A stretch of 64,000 nucleotides of DNA from positions 186,001 through 250,000 of the forward strand of contig OZ287070.1 in assembly GCA_965645245.1 (NCBI GenBank), given 5' to 3'. Below, piece after piece: positions 60,869 through 64,000 of the stretch. The notes beneath the pieces were generated by a model. That model was not told the origin of the DNA. It searched no databases and saw only the letters and a list, made by a program, of their open reading frames with translations. The stretch's first letter is position 1; each line of letters begins with the position of its first letter. The position numbers and the translations under genes are program-made. The DNA comes from Massalongia carnosa (taxonomy: Eukaryota).

Positions 60869-62352
60869 AGGGTTCAGGTTGACTACGAAATATCAACCAA
60901 TCATCAACGAATCAACAGCCCCCGGCTAATGAATAGAAATGCGTTCAAAGACCTTATAGGTTTAATAACTCATCATGCTATTGACCTCATATCTAGAGAG
61001 TTGGATGCAGCTAAACATTTAGCCGAAGATTTCAATCAACAGGTTTCTTTTGGAGTTGAAGGGACTGCATTAATCGAACCAACCGGTGAGGATTGTATGT
61101 ATGATTGTGATTTGCATTCACGATACGGTCTCCCATGCAGATGCTGGTTGTATCATTGCGTCATTAATGTTATCCTCATACCTATCTCCCTCATTCATCC
61201 CCACTGGTTTTCCGATGGCCCGCCTTTTGTGGTCTCGTGGAGAATAGTTTTCAACCCCACCATAAGTTTCGCTGAGATGTTTCGGAGAGCAGCTCACAGG
61301 AAGACCACAGAAGAGCAGGATGAGGATGCGGATGAGGGGGAGAATGCTCAACAAAGACAAGAATCTGAGCCAGAAGAGGAGATCGAGAAGGCAGTTGACA
61401 ATAATACTGGGGATAGATTTCGTCGCGGGGGTGTTAATTTGCTGCATGCGGCCGCACATCAATCTATTGATTTTCATAAAGCAATAGAAAATGTTAGCTA
61501 AGCAGCGACGTGCTAAACGTAAGGACTCGATTGAAGAAGAAGGGAGGAGAGGAAGGCATGAGGATGAATTGCGGGCAGGCGGTGAAGACAAGGGTATGAT
61601 TGATGATAAAAAACCCACGATATCAGCAAATTGATCGATGTAGCGCGGCTAATATTCGGTATAGATTCCGGAGATGCTATCATCGTATCTGACGACGATG
61701 ACCTGCAATATATAGCAACTCAGCCTACCCCCGATCCTCCACTCCCTTTGAATGAGAATGATGATTTTATCCCTCCATCCCCGGCATCTTCTTCCGATTC
61801 ATTTGAAGATATTGATGAAAGCGCTGGCGAAACATGGTCAAAAGGCTCCTTCCCAAACGGTTCCCTCTCCAAAAGCTCCTTCCCTTTATAGCCTCAGTCA
61901 AAAAAAATCCTCGCTAGCCAGCTACCATCCACATCGTCTACAACAACAACACGAAGGTCACGGGTGTGGTAGCCAGAAAATCGAAGGCTCAGTTGGAGTT
62001 GGAGTCTCAGCAGAGGGCCGACCAAGCGGCCAAACAAGCAAGGGCTGAGGAGAGGAAAAACGCAGCTGCAAGAAAGGTTGCTAAGACTATGAAGCCTAGA
62101 AAGGATGATGTTTCGCAAGCGATGCATTTTCGGAATTGAGATCATCGCAATGAGTAGTAAGAGTAGTAGTATTAATAGTAGTATGAATAGGTAGATGAGG
62201 ATTTTTCAGAATGCAGGGCTAAGCTAAATCAGCTAGAGGAAGCTTGCGGAGAGACGGCGATGGACGTGCACATATTTAGTATGGGGAGGTGGCTTGTAGC
62301 TAGTCCTAATTTGGAATGATTTTCGCTGGGGGGACGGTGGGGGACTGTCCCG
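60869..62352 (+). mobile_element. MULE 3' half, close copy of 25687-27064
   Basis: Near-identical sequence with a ~200-bp internal deletion near 61495; degenerate ggggactgtccc end near 62350. Confidence 0.85.
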
Positions 62353-62523
62353 AGTCTTCTCGGTAAGTAAACTCGTATATTCTTTGCCTCTATTCGACTC
62401 ATGCTGAGTAGTCATAATTAGATTGGGAATAATTCTCATCAAGATTAAACTGATAACCGTCGCTGCAAGTACTGTTCCATATTTAAAAGACATACAATCG
62501 TCGAATACAGAGGCATATAGAAC

Positions 62524-62809
62524 TGTTGAATTTTCAACTCCTACCAGTACAGTGAACACCTACCAGTTCAATGAACATAGCACCTACGACTGCCCATGAT
62601 GGACAGAGCACCTACAGAAACCGTAGATGCCGTATTAGGCTTAGCCTAGATATTAGATAAGATCGGCTCAATCTTATCACCTCGCTTAGCAGAGGGTGAC
62701 CAGTTATGGGACAAAGACTGCTGAACAGCACTCTTCATCCTTAACATCACGGTCATACATACCATTTTTATCATAGCCATATAAGCATAGTCATATACCT
62801 ATTTCAACA
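62524..62809. mobile_element. Solo LTR (family of 13209-13480)
   Basis: TGTTGAA...TTCAACA termini; flanks agaac/aaaac. Confidence 0.85.
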
Positions 62810-62955
62810 AAAACCCTCCTTAATAAAAAAGGACCTCGCGACCACCTTTTTTTGGCCCCCTGCAACGATCCCTGCAGACCCTTTGGAATCTTCTCCTTTT
62901 AAGCGGTCACCCTCTACTAAGCGAAGTGATAATAGTTTATCCGAGCCTAGGTTGC

Positions 62956-64000
62956 CACGCGGGTGAAAAAAAAAGGGCAAGGTGAGCCGAAATTCCCCCA
63001 CCAAAAATTACCCTTTTCTTCCCTTTTTTCTTCCCTATCTTCTTCCCCATTCAACATTTCAATTCGTATGACCATTGAAGTTCTACATACATTCTATTCA
63101 ATAGCCAGTCATCGCTCCCTCAGCCCTAATTACCTCTTCCAATCGTTTGGGCATTGATCGAAATCTTTCATTGATGAATTCCTGCGTCACCCGTTCCCAT
63201 CTATCCCTAATCAGCTGCTTTAAGCTGACATTGTCCCAATGAGGATACTTTCGAACATGCTGCTTCGCTGGCTGCTAGCAATTTTCTATAGGGGACAAAC
63301 CAGGTGATGAGGCACAATTGAAATAATGCTCTAAATGATGATCTTCCTTCCATTTCTTGACGGCATTTCTTGTCTTGCCCGTGCCATGACCAGAGTCTAC
63401 ATCTTCTTCAAGTACGAAGTCATCCCCACGCTCCAGCCAGGGCTTGACGACGGGGTCAAGAACGGATTCTGTCACGGAATCCCTTCGCACCCTCCCACTT
63501 GTCCTGATCGGGTTAGTATTTAACAGGGCCCATTGCTAGGAAACCTCACCTATGGTGCTCAGGCATTCTTCTGCCGCCCTCAACGCACTATCAATCTCCT
63601 ACCATCCGTATCCAATCTCAACGTCTCCACTATCCAGGCTTATGACTGAGAGTGCCTGGCACAGAGAGATTGCTTCAGCACAGATAAAGGCGGGATAGGT
63701 CAAAGCAATCATGTTAAGGAAATTAGTATAGGGACCGAGATGGGGCAAGTCGAGAAAGGGGAGTTGAAAGCCATGGCTATAAAGTATATGTGGTTTTCCA
63801 GGTGTTTAGAGCTCTCCATCGGACGTCTTGTGTATTATTCTCAACTTCTAGTTTTAGCATATCTAGTTATCCGTTCTGCAAGATAGAGTCTTGTATCTCT
63901 CCAGCCCTCCCCTGACAGATTCAATATACACCTGATAAGTCATTTTACTATTGCTGTTGCCCGGCACGTCATAAAACATAATATCCGACTTGAAATTGTA
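62956..64000 (-). mobile_element. 3' part of a Tc1-like element, continuing beyond the window
   Basis: End CACGCGGGTG as in the 42464 element; EEDVDSGHG and SPGLSPIENC motifs. Confidence 0.8.
63470..63917. mobile_element. Solo LTR inside the Tc1 transposase
   Basis: TSD GATTC; inverted copy of 34886-35770 without the nested insert. Confidence 0.9.

Overview
This is a eukaryotic, filamentous-ascomycete-type window (spliceosomal GT-AG introns, FunK1 kinase, fungal TE families). It is almost entirely a nested transposable-element graveyard: Ty3/Gypsy chromoviruses, Ty1/Copia elements (including a complete GalEa-type element with identical LTRs), a DIRS/Ngaro-type tyrosine-recombinase retroelement, a CryptonF (NDC10/GCR1_C) relic, Tc1/mariner, pogo and Mutator DNA transposons, a hAT-like MITE and many solo LTRs with readable target-site duplications (TSDs). 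Host-like genes are few: a FunK1 kinase and an APH-type phosphotransferase, both with point nonsense codons, and one apparently intact three-exon secreted, Kex2-processed, 6-Cys protein gene (48047-48731). Three observations stand out. (i) A young 2.94-kb LTR element (43651-46591; near-identical LTRs, tRNA-like PBS, 4-bp TSD) has no recognisable gag/pol but carries one intact 647-aa ORF for a predicted membrane-anchored, S/T/P-rich protein. (ii) A Gypsy element (5847-12702) has ends that form ~195-bp inverted rather than direct repeats. (iii) Some AT-rich relics are depleted of CC/GG rather than CpA. All calls come from reading the sequence and ORF track by eye; no searches were run.
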